In this document: in pieces, positions 37,074 to 48,100 of the stretch
Layout of the letters: each line of letters opens with the position of its first letter
Numbering within the stretch: the stretch's first letter is position 1
Translations under genes and position numbers: made by a program
Notes under the pieces: model-generated
Told to the model about the DNA's origin: nothing
Database searches by the model: none
Seen by the model: only the letters and a program-made list of their open reading frames with translations
Assembly (NCBI GenBank): GCA_018651925.1
Contig: JABIDC010000009.1
Coordinates: forward strand, 16,403 to 80,402
Length of the DNA: 64,000 nucleotides
Direction: 5' to 3'
Source of the DNA: an archaeon
GTDB lineage: Archaea; Nanobdellota; Nanobdellia; Pacearchaeales; GW2011-AR1

Positions 37074-37877
37074 TCAAAATTTCTCAAGAATCTTTGCTCC
37101 AAGTTTTACTGTCAAGGAACCAACATCTTTTTTTGGATTAATCTCCACCAAATCAATTGCCTTTAAATTTTTCATCTTACTCATCCTATCACATAAATAC
37201 AAAAATTCTTTTGAAGATAACCCTCCTGCTTCAGGACAGCCTGTTCCGGGGGCAAAGGCAGGATCGATAAAATCAATATCAATGGAGAGATATAATTCTT
37301 TTCCACTAGAAAATTCCATAATCGATTCTATTGTTACATTTAAATCTTCCAAAAAACTTTTCATCTCAATTTGTCGAATACCTTTTTCCTTCAAAAAACT
37401 TTTTTCAACATTATCCAAATTTCTTGCACCAATTAAAAGAATATTCTTTGTAGGAAAACCATCATCAATTAATCCTCGAAGCCATTCTTCATGGGTAGGG
37501 AATTCCGGATCCATTGGTTCCATACAATCAGGATGAGCATCAAAAATAATTAAACAAGGTTTCTTCCCAGAATTATCACAATAATCAAAAAAAGCCCTAG
37601 TTAAAGGGTAACTAGCAGAATGGTCTCCTCCAACAAAAGAAACCTTTTTCTCTTTATTTAAAATTTCAAAAGCAAATTCATAAATTTTTTTTGTCGCTTT
37701 ATCCAATTCATCATTATCAAAATCCACTTTTAAAAAATCTTTCTCCAAAATTTTAGAAATTTCTTTTGGAGCAAACTCACAACCTTTTGTCTTATTGAGC
37801 CCATTAACTAAAGGGACACTAACATATTTCATTCGTTCGCCTCCAAATTCAATAGCGGACGAGCTAGGAAGCTGCAT
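37074..37877 (-). CDS. speB: Agmatinase/arginase-family ureohydrolase
   Basis: Mn-binding motifs GGDHSASYP, IIFDAHPD and SIDIDFIDPAFAPGTG are present. The likely start is the internal Met at 37832 (MKYVSVPL). Confidence 0.8.
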   Translation of the reverse strand: MQLPSSSAIEFGGERMKYVSVPLVNGLNKTKGCEFAPKEISKILEKDFLKVDFDNDELDKATKKIYEFAFEILNKEKKVSFVGGDHSASYPLTRAFFDYCDNSGKKPCLIIFDAHPDCMEPMDPEFPTHEEWLRGLIDDGFPTKNILLIGARNLDNVEKSFLKEKGIRQIEMKSFLEDLNVTIESIMEFSSGKELYLSIDIDFIDPAFAPGTGCPEAGGLSSKEFLYLCDRMSKMKNLKAIDLVEINPKKDVGSLTVKLGAKILEKF

Positions 37878-37951
37878 AGCAAATTTCTTGTCTTTGATGA
37901 AAAGAGTTTATGATTTTTCATTAAATAAAAAGAGAAAAAATGTTTTTAAGA

Positions 37952-39199
37952 TTAACTAAACAAATCTTCAAAGAACTTGGTAAACCAATTTCCCCGAGAA
38001 TTACATGCTCCTTCAAAACAACCGTTTTCACAAGCAACATATTTGTAATTCAGGTCATTAGAAAATTCCTCATTTTCAACTTCATCACAATAGTATTCAA
38101 ATAGATAACCTGCATAAGGGCCTTCTTCAATACAATTATCCTCCACCAAAGTTCCCATTCCATCATTTGCAAAACCCTTTATTGGATAATTTAATCCTCC
38201 ATCAGAATCATTGCAAGGGAAAGTTATATCTCCTACTCCCAAAGCAGACTCTGGCAGACACATCCCCCCGAAACAACCATTCAAGCAATCAAAACTAGCA
38301 ATCTTTAAATCTCCCTCAAGACAATAAGTTTCCAATAAAGTATTTTTGTCATAACAAGTATCTGCAATCTCCTTTTCCCCACTAGTAGCCACCCCTGAAA
38401 GATAATAATCTCTTCCTAAATCTGTTTCTGAACACTCCCCCAAATCAATCTCTTCTAATTCTATTGATTGATTTTCCTCTAATGAAACACAAGCCCCTTC
38501 AAAACAACCGTTTTCACAAATCGTAGGAATAACTTCCAAACCACTTAATCCACAAGAACATTCAAATAAAAGAGTCTCATTCAAACACCTGTCCCATCCA
38601 GTAGAAGAATTTTCCCCCTCTGGAAAAATAATTGTTTCTGAACAAGAACCATAAATAAAAGGAGCGTCACCAAAATCACTTTCAGTACAAGTAATATTTT
38701 CTTGAAGAGTATAATTAGTTTGTTCAGCTAAACAAGCTCCTGCAAAACATCCAAATTCACAATCAACTTCAATAGACTCTAAAGAATCTTCTTCACAATA
38801 ACATTCTTTTAAACTGGTTAAATCAGCACTACAAACATCTCCAGTTCCATCTGCATTTCCCCCTTCAGAATAAAAAACCTCTCTTACACAAGTTCCCCTA
38901 ATGAAAAGTTCAATTCCATTATCACTATCTGTGCAAGATTGATTTATCACCGAACGACAATCTTCAGGACAAGAGGTAATTGTTTCTCCTTTTCCACAAA
39001 TCCCATTTCCACAAACAGGCATAACTCCTGGATCTCGGATATCTCCAACATCCAATTCATTAGTAAAAGTATCTTCAAATGTAACCTGCCCGGTCCCAAT
39101 TTTTAAAAAACCCGATTGAATAAGAAAAAAAGCAATAACCACCAAAAATAAAACCAAAAGAGTTATTGTTTGAAATTTTTTCATAAATAAGATTGCCAA
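37952..39199 (-). CDS. Secreted Cys-rich repeat protein, paralog of 35822..37027
   Basis: It has an N-terminal TM, a CGNGICGKGE..CPEDC motif, and four modules (CTDSDNG, CTESDFG, CSETDLG, CNDSDGG) with the same Cys spacing. The C-terminal tail is GNWFTKFFEDLFS. Confidence 0.7.
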   Translation of the reverse strand: MAILFMKKFQTITLLVLFLVVIAFFLIQSGFLKIGTGQVTFEDTFTNELDVGDIRDPGVMPVCGNGICGKGETITSCPEDCRSVINQSCTDSDNGIELFIRGTCVREVFYSEGGNADGTGDVCSADLTSLKECYCEEDSLESIEVDCEFGCFAGACLAEQTNYTLQENITCTESDFGDAPFIYGSCSETIIFPEGENSSTGWDRCLNETLLFECSCGLSGLEVIPTICENGCFEGACVSLEENQSIELEEIDLGECSETDLGRDYYLSGVATSGEKEIADTCYDKNTLLETYCLEGDLKIASFDCLNGCFGGMCLPESALGVGDITFPCNDSDGGLNYPIKGFANDGMGTLVEDNCIEEGPYAGYLFEYYCDEVENEEFSNDLNYKYVACENGCFEGACNSRGNWFTKFFEDLFS

Positions 39200-39219
39200 T
39201 AGAACTTTAAAAATATTAC

Positions 39220-40440
39220 TTAATTATTTTTTGGAATCAATGCAACAAAACTATTTTTTTTAAAAATAGATTTTGCAATATCTTTAACATCCTTTAGTTT
39301 TACCGAAGAAATATTTTTTTCAAAATCATAATACTCCCTAGCATTTCCATTACTTTCAAAATGAAGTAAATTTTCCATTTGACCAACAGAATCTTCCATG
39401 GAAATTTGATGATTCCCAATAATTTGTTCTTTAACTCCCCTTAACTCTTTTTCAGTCAAATTATCTGCAACATCTTTAAATTCCTTTAAAATTAATTTTT
39501 TTACTTTCGCGACATTTTCCTTAGTTGTTCCCACATAAATTAATCCATATGAAAAATCCAAACTAATATCAGATTCTTCTTTAATTCCATAGGCAAGATT
39601 TCTTTTTTCACGAATTTCAGAAAATAACCTTGAAGACATTCCCCCCGCCATAACGATTCCCAAAACTCTTGCCGCATAATTTTTCTTATCCGAAGCTAAA
39701 GGAAGATGATAGGAAAAAACTAAGTTCGCCTGATCCACTCCAGCCCTTTCAAAAATCTTTGTTTCATTTTTTAACTTAATCTCGAAAGAAGGAATTTCTT
39801 TCTTTGGACCTTTAAACTTTTTTTCTGCAAAATCAACTAATTTCTTAAAATCACAATCTCCAACAACACATAAAATCATATTGTTAGGAGAATAAATTTC
39901 ATTAAACTTTGAAGAAATTTTTTTTCTATCAATTTTATTCAAAGTTTTTTCATCTCCAATCATTGATTTCCCAAAAGGATTTTCATAAAGAAATTCGTGG
40001 GCCTTATCTACCACAAAAACATGCGGACTATCTTTCCTCATTTTTATTTCCTCAAAAATAACTTTCCTTTCTTTTTCCAATTCCCTAGAATCAAACAGAG
40101 GGTTTTTTACAATGTCTGACAAAACATCTAAGCCAATTTTCAATTTTCTCGAAGGCATCCTGCACCAATAAGCAGTAATATCTTCTCCTGTAAAGCCGTT
40201 TAATTCCCCTCCATTTTTTTCAATCTCTGCTGCAATTATTTTCGAATTCGGTCTTTTTTCAGTTCCCTTATATAACATATGTTCGATAAAATGGGAAATT
40301 CCTTTTTCTTCCAAAGATTCATTAATCCCTCCATTCTTTACTCCGATGGCAACACTAACAATTGGTAAATTTCTCTTTTCCAAGATCACGGTCATACCGT
40401 TAGATAAAACTTTTCGAAAAAAATTCTTTTTTGGATTCAT
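39220..40440 (-). CDS. M16-family (pitrilysin-like) zinc peptidase
   Basis: It has the inverted zinc motif HFIEHMLYKGT (HxxEH) with the downstream E in ELNGFT. The length is typical of a single-chain M16B protein. Confidence 0.8.
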   Translation of the reverse strand: MNPKKNFFRKVLSNGMTVILEKRNLPIVSVAIGVKNGGINESLEEKGISHFIEHMLYKGTEKRPNSKIIAAEIEKNGGELNGFTGEDITAYWCRMPSRKLKIGLDVLSDIVKNPLFDSRELEKERKVIFEEIKMRKDSPHVFVVDKAHEFLYENPFGKSMIGDEKTLNKIDRKKISSKFNEIYSPNNMILCVVGDCDFKKLVDFAEKKFKGPKKEIPSFEIKLKNETKIFERAGVDQANLVFSYHLPLASDKKNYAARVLGIVMAGGMSSRLFSEIREKRNLAYGIKEESDISLDFSYGLIYVGTTKENVAKVKKLILKEFKDVADNLTEKELRGVKEQIIGNHQISMEDSVGQMENLLHFESNGNAREYYDFEKNISSVKLKDVKDIAKSIFKKNSFVALIPKNN

Positions 40441-40487
40441 AATAAAATAAACAACTAATTACTTTAAAACTTATTCATTACAAATAA

Positions 40488-41270
40488 TTATATCTCTTTC
40501 TTAAAAGAGATATATCTTTCTCCACCAATTTCAAAATCATCAAGAATCTTGAAATTCTCTTCAAGAAAAGTAGTGAGCCAAATTCTTTGAACTTTAAACT
40601 TCGATCTCCTAACCAAACTTTTAGTTGCAAAACTAACAACAACTTTATCCACCAAAGGAGTAATTGCTAAAAGTAATTCTTTTGAATAATTTCTTTTTAA
40701 CATTTCTAATGAATCAAGAGCCTTAAACAAGAAAACAACTGAAGGAGCCTTAGATTTTTTTATTAATTCAACATTTTTTTCTTTTTCAAATAAACTCAAA
40801 GGATACGCGATCCCCGAAATTTTTTCTTTTGTGAAATAATTATTCATCAAACTTACTAGCTGCCCCATCGCTTCAGTGGCAACATAATTGACATTAATTC
40901 CAATTTTTTTAAAATAATCATAACTAAACCCATTAATTCCAGCTCCCAAATCAAAAATTGTCAAAGTTTTATATTCCGAAAGTAATCTTTGATAAACTTC
41001 TTCATAATAAGGCAAGCGTTCTTTTGTAGATAAATGTTTTTTCAAAATCCATTCAGGATCTTTATCTTTTAAATTTAAAATTTTTTGACTAGTAAAAGCA
41101 CTAAACATTTTTCTCAATAAATCCCGAGTAGATTTTATTTTCTCAATCTCAACAGAATCGGAGTAATCAAATCTTGAATAAACAGCCTCAACATCTGCAC
41201 GAGGCAAATCCGAAAATTCCTTTTTACTAATTATCTTTTGATAAACTTCTTCATCCATAAGAATAAACAA
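40488..41270 (-). CDS. SAM-dependent methyltransferase resembling the FmrO family (ArmA/Rmt 16S rRNA G1405-N7 methyltransferases)
   Basis: It is collinear with ArmA as I recall it. IISKKEFSDL matches ILESKKYENL, HLSTKERL matches HSSTNERV, IFDLGAGINGFSY matches ILDFGCGFNPLAL, VVFLFKALDSLE matches VVFLLKMLPVLK, and VVVSFATKSL matches FVISFPIKSL. Confidence 0.5.
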   Translation of the reverse strand: MFILMDEEVYQKIISKKEFSDLPRADVEAVYSRFDYSDSVEIEKIKSTRDLLRKMFSAFTSQKILNLKDKDPEWILKKHLSTKERLPYYEEVYQRLLSEYKTLTIFDLGAGINGFSYDYFKKIGINVNYVATEAMGQLVSLMNNYFTKEKISGIAYPLSLFEKEKNVELIKKSKAPSVVFLFKALDSLEMLKRNYSKELLLAITPLVDKVVVSFATKSLVRRSKFKVQRIWLTTFLEENFKILDDFEIGGERYISFKKEI

Positions 41271-41299
41271 CTATCTGAAATTAAAAAGCTTTGCAGAAC

Positions 41300-41848
41300 C
41301 TAACAAACTCCAAGACGCATAGGTCCCTCAATGCCAGCCTGTGGAATCATACAAACAGGGCAAGGAGCACCGTTACAAGTATGAGAAAATTCTCCATCAA
41401 ATTCTATGTAGCCAGGACCAATTTCTACATACCTTCCAGGATCTTGAATAACTTTAAATCCATCTTCATTCAAATAAACATCATTTCTTAAATCATAACT
41501 TGAAAAATGAACACCGTCAGAACCATCTTGAAAATCAATTGATCCTTTAACGTCCAAGTTTCTTGTAATTTCTGCACTACCTTCAACAAAGAGGGCATTA
41601 GTTCCACCAGGGTGTCCAACACTTAAAACTTGTGAACCCTCTCCTTCAATTCGAAACATCCCTGATTCAACATTAAAAACACCTGGAGTTAATTTGTCTA
41701 CAGAAAGAGAAACAATTTCATTTCCCGTATGACCCATCAAAGCAGGATTTCCTGAGTTAGTTGCATAAACAATTGATCCACTTCCAAGTACAATTAATGC
41801 ACAAAGAATAAAAAAATATTTCTTAGTAATTTCAATTGTCACCCTCAT
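41300..41848 (-). CDS. Secreted hypothetical protein (182 aa) with Cys-rich C-terminus
   Basis: It has a signal peptide KKYFFILCALIVLGSGSIVYA and a C-terminal CNGAPCPVCMIPQAG...GVC. No family was recognised. Confidence 0.5.
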   Translation of the reverse strand: MRVTIEITKKYFFILCALIVLGSGSIVYATNSGNPALMGHTGNEIVSLSVDKLTPGVFNVESGMFRIEGEGSQVLSVGHPGGTNALFVEGSAEITRNLDVKGSIDFQDGSDGVHFSSYDLRNDVYLNEDGFKVIQDPGRYVEIGPGYIEFDGEFSHTCNGAPCPVCMIPQAGIEGPMRLGVC

Positions 41849-41924
41849 CTAAAATAAAACACTTAAGAGTTTAAAAAGGTTCCTGATTCACTAAATTTTT
41901 AAAAGAATTTTAACTAAAGAAAGT

Positions 41925-42836
41925 ATGCCAATCAATATTAACGACCAAGATTATGTTAAAGCAGAAAAAGATTATTACGAAGCAACAACATTAGAAGAAA
42001 AACTTCAAGCAACAAGAAAAATGATTTCTCATGCTCCAGGCCACAAAGGAGCAGAAAATTTAAGACAACAACTAACAACAAGAAGAAAAAAGCTTGAATC
42101 TCAAATAGTAAAAGCAAAAAAAACTGGAAAAGGAACATTCACCGGAGTAAAAAAAGAAGACATGCAAGGGCTCTTGGTGGGAAATACAAATTCCGGAAAA
42201 TCTTCATTGTTGCAACTTTTAACAAACGCAAAATTAAAAATTTCAGAAAACAAATTTACCACAACAAAACCAATGGTGGGAATTATGGAATACCTGAGCG
42301 TGCCAATCCAATTAGTTGAAAATCCTTCAATTGATTCTGAAAATTTTGATAAAGGCCTTCCAAACACCACAGACACAATATTAATTCTCATAACAAAATT
42401 AGAAGAGATAGAAGAGATAAAAAAACAAATTCCAAAGTCAAAAGCAAAACAAATAATTATTTTCAATAAAATAGATGAACTCTCTACAGCTGAAAAAAGA
42501 AAATTAAAAGCAACTCTTCAATCAAAAAAATACAATTTCGTATTAATTTCGACTGTTACTTTAGAAGGAATTGAGAAATTAAAAAAGAAAATTTTTGAAA
42601 GTTTTGATAACCTAAGAATATACACCAAAGAACCCGGAAAACCAAAATCGAAAAAACCAATGATTCTCAAACCAAATTCAAATATCAAAGATGTTGCAGA
42701 AAAAATTCTAAAAGGGCTTTCAAGAAGAATTAAAAAAACAAAAATCTGGGGTCCAAGTTCAAAATTTTCTGGACAAATTGTTGGATTAAACCACAAAGTA
42801 AAAGATTTAGACACAGTAGAATTTACAACTAACTAA
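41925..42836 (+). CDS. DRG/Rbg-type GTP-binding protein with C-terminal TGS domain
   Basis: The G1 motif is GNTNSGKSSLL and the G2 region is FTTTKP. NKID follows, and the C-terminal part LRIYTKEPGK...GLNHKVKDLDTVEF is TGS-like. Confidence 0.7.
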   Translation: MPININDQDYVKAEKDYYEATTLEEKLQATRKMISHAPGHKGAENLRQQLTTRRKKLESQIVKAKKTGKGTFTGVKKEDMQGLLVGNTNSGKSSLLQLLTNAKLKISENKFTTTKPMVGIMEYLSVPIQLVENPSIDSENFDKGLPNTTDTILILITKLEEIEEIKKQIPKSKAKQIIIFNKIDELSTAEKRKLKATLQSKKYNFVLISTVTLEGIEKLKKKIFESFDNLRIYTKEPGKPKSKKPMILKPNSNIKDVAEKILKGLSRRIKKTKIWGPSSKFSGQIVGLNHKVKDLDTVEFTTN

Positions 42837-43837
42837 TAAGCTTCTTCGCTCAATTTTTCTAACTCACCCCGATTCTCTTCAATTAAAGATAGCAACTTAA
42901 TAATTTCTGCAGCAACACCATTCTTTAAATCCAAAGGATGTAATTTTTTAGAAATAAAATCCTCTTCAATTTCTGAATAAGTAGAATATTCTAGATTTCC
43001 CCCAAACTTTTCGGGACGCTCAATAACAAAATTTTCTTTTTTATCTTCTTTTAAGGTCATCACCACATGTTTCAAAAAACTCATTAATCCATTATCTGGA
43101 TCTCCTGCAACACAATCTGCAGAATTAACTTTCTTTTGTACCTTCTTCGAAGAGTCCATTAAATCAATTTTTGTTCCTTCAATTGAGGAAGACATTTTTT
43201 TCCCAATAAGGCCAGGCAACAAAGGATTCATAATTTCAATTCTTTTTTCATATCCTAATTTAGGCAAATATTCTCTTGCTAAAACCATAATCTTTCTTTG
43301 ATCAGTTCCCCCTAGTTGAACATCACATTTCAAATATTCTTCATCAAGAGCCTGCATTAAAGGATAAATTATTCCAGAGAGTTTCGGAGAGTCTCCCATT
43401 TTAACAACTTCAGAAGCGGCTTTTTCCGAGTCATGAACAGATACAAAACTAGAAATTTTAAATAAATCAAGAACATAATCTTTTTCTAATTGAAACTCAC
43501 TTCCTTTTACAAATTCTAACTCTTTTGTGTTTACTCCCATGGCCTGAATCAATAAAGGAATAATTTTTGAATAAAAGACATATCTTTTTTCTAAAACACT
43601 CCAAGGAGTATTATCTAAGGCTGCATGGAGATCTGCCAAAAGAATTTTTACATGAAATCCTGCTTTAAGCAAATCTGCGACTTTTAGTGCCCAAACAAAA
43701 TAACCAACATGAGGTCTTCCAGTGGGAGCAGTCCCAAGATAGGCAACAGGTTTTTTCTTTTTCTTCAAAAGAGTTTTCAAATCTTCTTCACCAATAATCT
43801 CATCGGTATTTCTCTTGATTAATTCAAAGTTATCCAT
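42833..43837 (-). CDS. tyrS: Tyrosyl-tRNA synthetase (archaeal type)
   Basis: It has the class I motifs GRPHVGY (HIGH-like) and KMSSS (KMSKS). KILLADLHAALD is as in archaeal TyrRS, and the length is 334 aa. Confidence 0.85.
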   Translation of the reverse strand: MDNFELIKRNTDEIIGEEDLKTLLKKKKKPVAYLGTAPTGRPHVGYFVWALKVADLLKAGFHVKILLADLHAALDNTPWSVLEKRYVFYSKIIPLLIQAMGVNTKELEFVKGSEFQLEKDYVLDLFKISSFVSVHDSEKAASEVVKMGDSPKLSGIIYPLMQALDEEYLKCDVQLGGTDQRKIMVLAREYLPKLGYEKRIEIMNPLLPGLIGKKMSSSIEGTKIDLMDSSKKVQKKVNSADCVAGDPDNGLMSFLKHVVMTLKEDKKENFVIERPEKFGGNLEYSTYSEIEEDFISKKLHPLDLKNGVAAEIIKLLSLIEENRGELEKLSEEAY

Positions 43838-43966
43838 ATAAAATTACAACCAATTTAATTATTAAATGTTTTGCCCTAAAATTTTCTTCTCAAAAAATCA
43901 AAATTTCCTAAATATTTATCCCAAACAAAAAATAACTCTATTGAAAGAAAAAAGCTAAAAAGATAA

Positions 43967-45148
43967 ATGTTGCTTGAAATTTTTTTATTTTTAATTCTGG
44001 GAATTTTTTTTGGAACAATAACCGGATTAATCCCCGGAATCCACATAAACCTAATAGGGATCATTTTAATTTCAATTTCCACGAAATACCTTTATGTTAA
44101 TCCAATTTATTCTATTGTTTTTATAACTTCAATGAGCATAACCCACACATTCGTAGATTTTATTCCTTCAATTTTTCTTGGATGCCCCGATACAGAAACA
44201 GAACTCTCCATTTTACCGGGCCATAAATTATTAAAAAAAGGACACGGATATGCTGCAGTAATCTTAACAAACAAAGGGAGCATTGCAGCAACAATCCTTT
44301 TTACAGTAATAGCTTTCCCAACTATTTTAATAATTTCAACCCTTTCTCCCCTTATTGAGAAAATAATTCCTTTTATTTTAATTATAATTTCTTTTCTTTT
44401 AATACTAAAGGAAAAACAAAAATCAATTGCATTAGAAATTTTCTTAATCACTGGTATCCTTGGATTGATAATCTTTAATTTAAATATTGAAAATTCTCTT
44501 CTTCCCCTCTTAACAGGGTTATTTGGTTCCCCTCTTTTAATTCAAAGCATAAAGAAGAGAACAATAATCCCGAAACAAAAAATAATAAACCCAAAAATTA
44601 AAATAAAAAAACCAATCTTAGGTTCTCTTCTTGCTTCTCCCTTCTGTAGTTTTTTGCCAGGAATCGGTGCAGGACAAGCAGCAATAATCGGAAACTCGCT
44701 GATAAAAACAAATAGAGATGGATTCTTAATTTTACTTGGAGCAACAAACACTTTTGTAATGTGTTTTTCTTTTCTTTCTCTTTATGCAATAAACAAAACA
44801 AGAACCGGTTCTGCCCTTGCAATAAAAGAATTATCAAACTCCCTTTCTCAAGAACTCTTAATTTTAGTACTTTTAACAATCTTAATCTCAGGGATAATCT
44901 CTTTTTTTCTAACAAAAAAATTAACAAAAATGATTTCTCAAAAAATAACTAATTTTAATTATACAAAAATTTCTATAACCACTCTTTCAATTTTGATTTT
45001 AGTTGTCTTTTTTATTACAAGCCTCAAAGGAGTGTTGATTTTTACTGCAGCAACTTTAATTGGATTATATTCTACAAAATATAAAATAAGAAAAACTAAT
45101 ATGATGGGTTGTTTGTTAATTCCAACAATTTGGATTTACCTTTCTTAA
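43967..45148 (+). CDS. TctA-like / DUF112 polytopic membrane protein
   Basis: It has at least 10 TM helices with GLIPGIHINL and FLPGIGAGQAAIIG motifs typical of the family. Confidence 0.5.
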   Translation: MLLEIFLFLILGIFFGTITGLIPGIHINLIGIILISISTKYLYVNPIYSIVFITSMSITHTFVDFIPSIFLGCPDTETELSILPGHKLLKKGHGYAAVILTNKGSIAATILFTVIAFPTILIISTLSPLIEKIIPFILIIISFLLILKEKQKSIALEIFLITGILGLIIFNLNIENSLLPLLTGLFGSPLLIQSIKKRTIIPKQKIINPKIKIKKPILGSLLASPFCSFLPGIGAGQAAIIGNSLIKTNRDGFLILLGATNTFVMCFSFLSLYAINKTRTGSALAIKELSNSLSQELLILVLLTILISGIISFFLTKKLTKMISQKITNFNYTKISITTLSILILVVFFITSLKGVLIFTAATLIGLYSTKYKIRKTNMMGCLLIPTIWIYLS

Positions 45149-48100
45149 AACCACTTATCAATACTTTCTTGTTTTTCCAACTCTTTTCCAAAAATACTAT
45201 CAATATAACTTTTAATTAGTTCCAAATTCTGCTTCATATAAGGAGACAAATTATAATTCTTAGCCAAGTTTAAAGCGGGTTCCAGATATTTTTTAATTCC
45301 CCCTTCATGAATTGTAAAAATTAATTTTCCCTTACAAAAAGGACAAACCCCTGTTAAAGGAGGGCGCCTGGCAATTTCATTACAAGAAACACATCGAAAT
45401 CCTTGCATGGAAAATTTTCTTAGATTTCCCCTCATGTCTCGAATAAAATGTCTTGAAATAATTAATCTTGCAGTATCTGAAGTGTCTGCAGCCCGAATTC
45501 TCTCAACAAGTTTCATTTGATGTTCAACTTTTTCCTGCATTGTTCCAAGAATTTTATAATTTGAGCACACAACAGCCTCATTAAAATTATCTGTATCATG
45601 AGTAAATCCAACGCCAATAAAAGGATCTCCTTCTTCCTTCAAAATGTGCTTAACAGTGTGAACATTTGCTTTTGAAGAATGCTCCCTTTTTTCTGCTAAA
45701 CGATACATTTCCAAAGGATATTCATTAACATATTCGAAATCCAAAATTTGATCATCAACCTCTCCTGCATCAATTTTTGCATTTAACACTAAAGGGGCAT
45801 CTTGAGTTCCACCACGATGACTAGGTAAAAATTTTCTAGAAAAATTCAAAATCACATCAGACAAAAGCATAATTGCAGCTTCATCCCCATCACAATCTCT
45901 TCGAATTGCAGCATGCATATAAGGGCTTGCCAAAAGCCCCAGAGTATTTGAAAAACCAATAAATCTGCAAACAACCCCCGCACAATTATGGGGAGCCATA
46001 CAAACCCCCATCTGTCCAACTACATCTTCTCTTTTTTTTAAGTTATGAAAACGGGGCAATTTGTAAAATCTTTCCAAGAGGTCATCCACAAAATTACAAA
46101 TATTAAAGAAAACATCATCTGCCCTCTCATCAGGAGTTTCAGGAGAACTAGGAAGCAAAACATCATGGGGCTTTAATTCTAAAATTTGATTATTATCAAT
46201 TAATTCCTCCCCATAAATATCTGTTAAATATCCAAGCTCTTTTAATTTTTCAACACCCACGGAAATTTCTTTAGGCTTAAATGAAACAAGAGGCAATTCG
46301 GTACAATCAAAACGGATAGTCCCATCTTTGTTTACCTGAAGATTATGTTTTGCTCGAAGAATTCCTTTAGATAAATGTTCCATTTGTTTTCCTTCAGAAG
46401 AAGTTCCACGAATTCCTTTTATCAATAAAGGCACATCTGTTTTCTTAAACCCAATTTTCTCTATTGCTTTTTTAAAATAATGATTGATATCCAAATCCTG
46501 AAAACAATATGGAGTTCCTTTTTTCTCACAACCTTCTAATTCTTCATTAAAAGATTTTTCCTTGGATTCATAAAAATAATATTTCTTTTGTGTTTTTTCA
46601 TTGCATTCTTCACAGATTTTGTAAATAGATTCTTTTTTACATTTATCGCAATAATATAAAGGAAATTGTCCTCTAATTTTTCCTGCATCACAAGCAGTTT
46701 GAATACTTCGGAGACGTCCTCCTTCCTTTGCAACAGGAAATAAAACATTCGGACTTCCAGTCAACTTACGAAGTTTTGCTTTTTCTGGGCGCCCCATCCT
46801 CGATCCAATAAAATCTCCAGCCTTATCTTTAATTTCTATTTTCGAAACAGAATTGATCATTTCTAAAATTGTTTCTCCCACATAAAGTTCTTTTTCTCCA
46901 ATAAGAGGCAAATTAATCTCTTCTTCCAAATCAATTCCGAGGTTAAATAACAAAGCACGACTAAGATCTTTTGAAATCACCACATTCTCAATGGTAACTT
47001 CGTGAGGAATTCCCAAAAGTTCTAATGCTCTTTTTCCTAAAATAAATTCTTCTTTTTCGACTTTATTATAGGGTAAAATTAATTTGTCTTCAAATCGAGA
47101 ATGTTTCAACCAATCAACTAATCCAAAAAATTGTTCTTTAGAAATCTCTGTCCAATAAAAAATAAATTTAGGGTAAAGAGGAATTCCGAAAGTTTTACTT
47201 AAGGAGATAGCTTCACCTAAAGAGACCTTTGAATAATCTTCAACTTCTCCTCCTTTTTCTTTTAATTCCAAATTCCACCATTCTTCCACATATCCTGGTT
47301 TAATCAAATCTGCATTACGATTAGCTAGGTCACTAAAAGGAAAAAGCAAGTCCCCCAAATAAATGATTTCTTCTATTTCTTTGTAAAGTTTCCTTGTTTC
47401 AGCAATGTTTTTTACTTGCATCACCGAACCATTTTTTAATTTTACAATTGCAGCTTCAATAGTATCACAAGGAGTCGCAACCATTCCTTTTGTGGGCTTT
47501 TCAATTTTTAATTGAGTTCCAGTTGCAATAAAATCATCTGTTACAGCCATTGTCGCAGGATGAATTGAGGCCGCACTAAATCCAGAAACCCTTGAACGTC
47601 CATAACGAAAACGAAATCCTCCAGACATAGAAGGATGCCCAAAAATAGGACGTCCAGCAACCAAATCTTTAATATATGTTGGAACCCCTCCTCCGGATTT
47701 TCCTTTTTTTCCAGAAGTCATCTTTTCATGTAATTCCAAATAATCTTTGATAAAATCAAAACCCGTTGCAACAACCCCATTAGAACGAGCCATATTGTAA
47801 AGACGAAATCCTTTAGCTGCTTTCTGTGCCAAACCTTCAGCCATAATCAAACAAAACCCACTTCTAAGATTATTTGTATTAACTCTTTCTAAATTTTTAT
47901 AATTTGAAACTTCTAATTTTTCTGAAGGATCCCCTCCAATTTGAATTGGCATATTTTTTGCTAAAAATAATGCTTCTTGTTCCAGAGGCATATATTGCAA
48001 ATTAGTTATTCTCTCATGAAAATCAGACAATTCTGTCCAAACACGTTTAACTTCATCTTCAGTGGGATCATATTTTGCAAAACCAAATTTTTCTCTTAAA

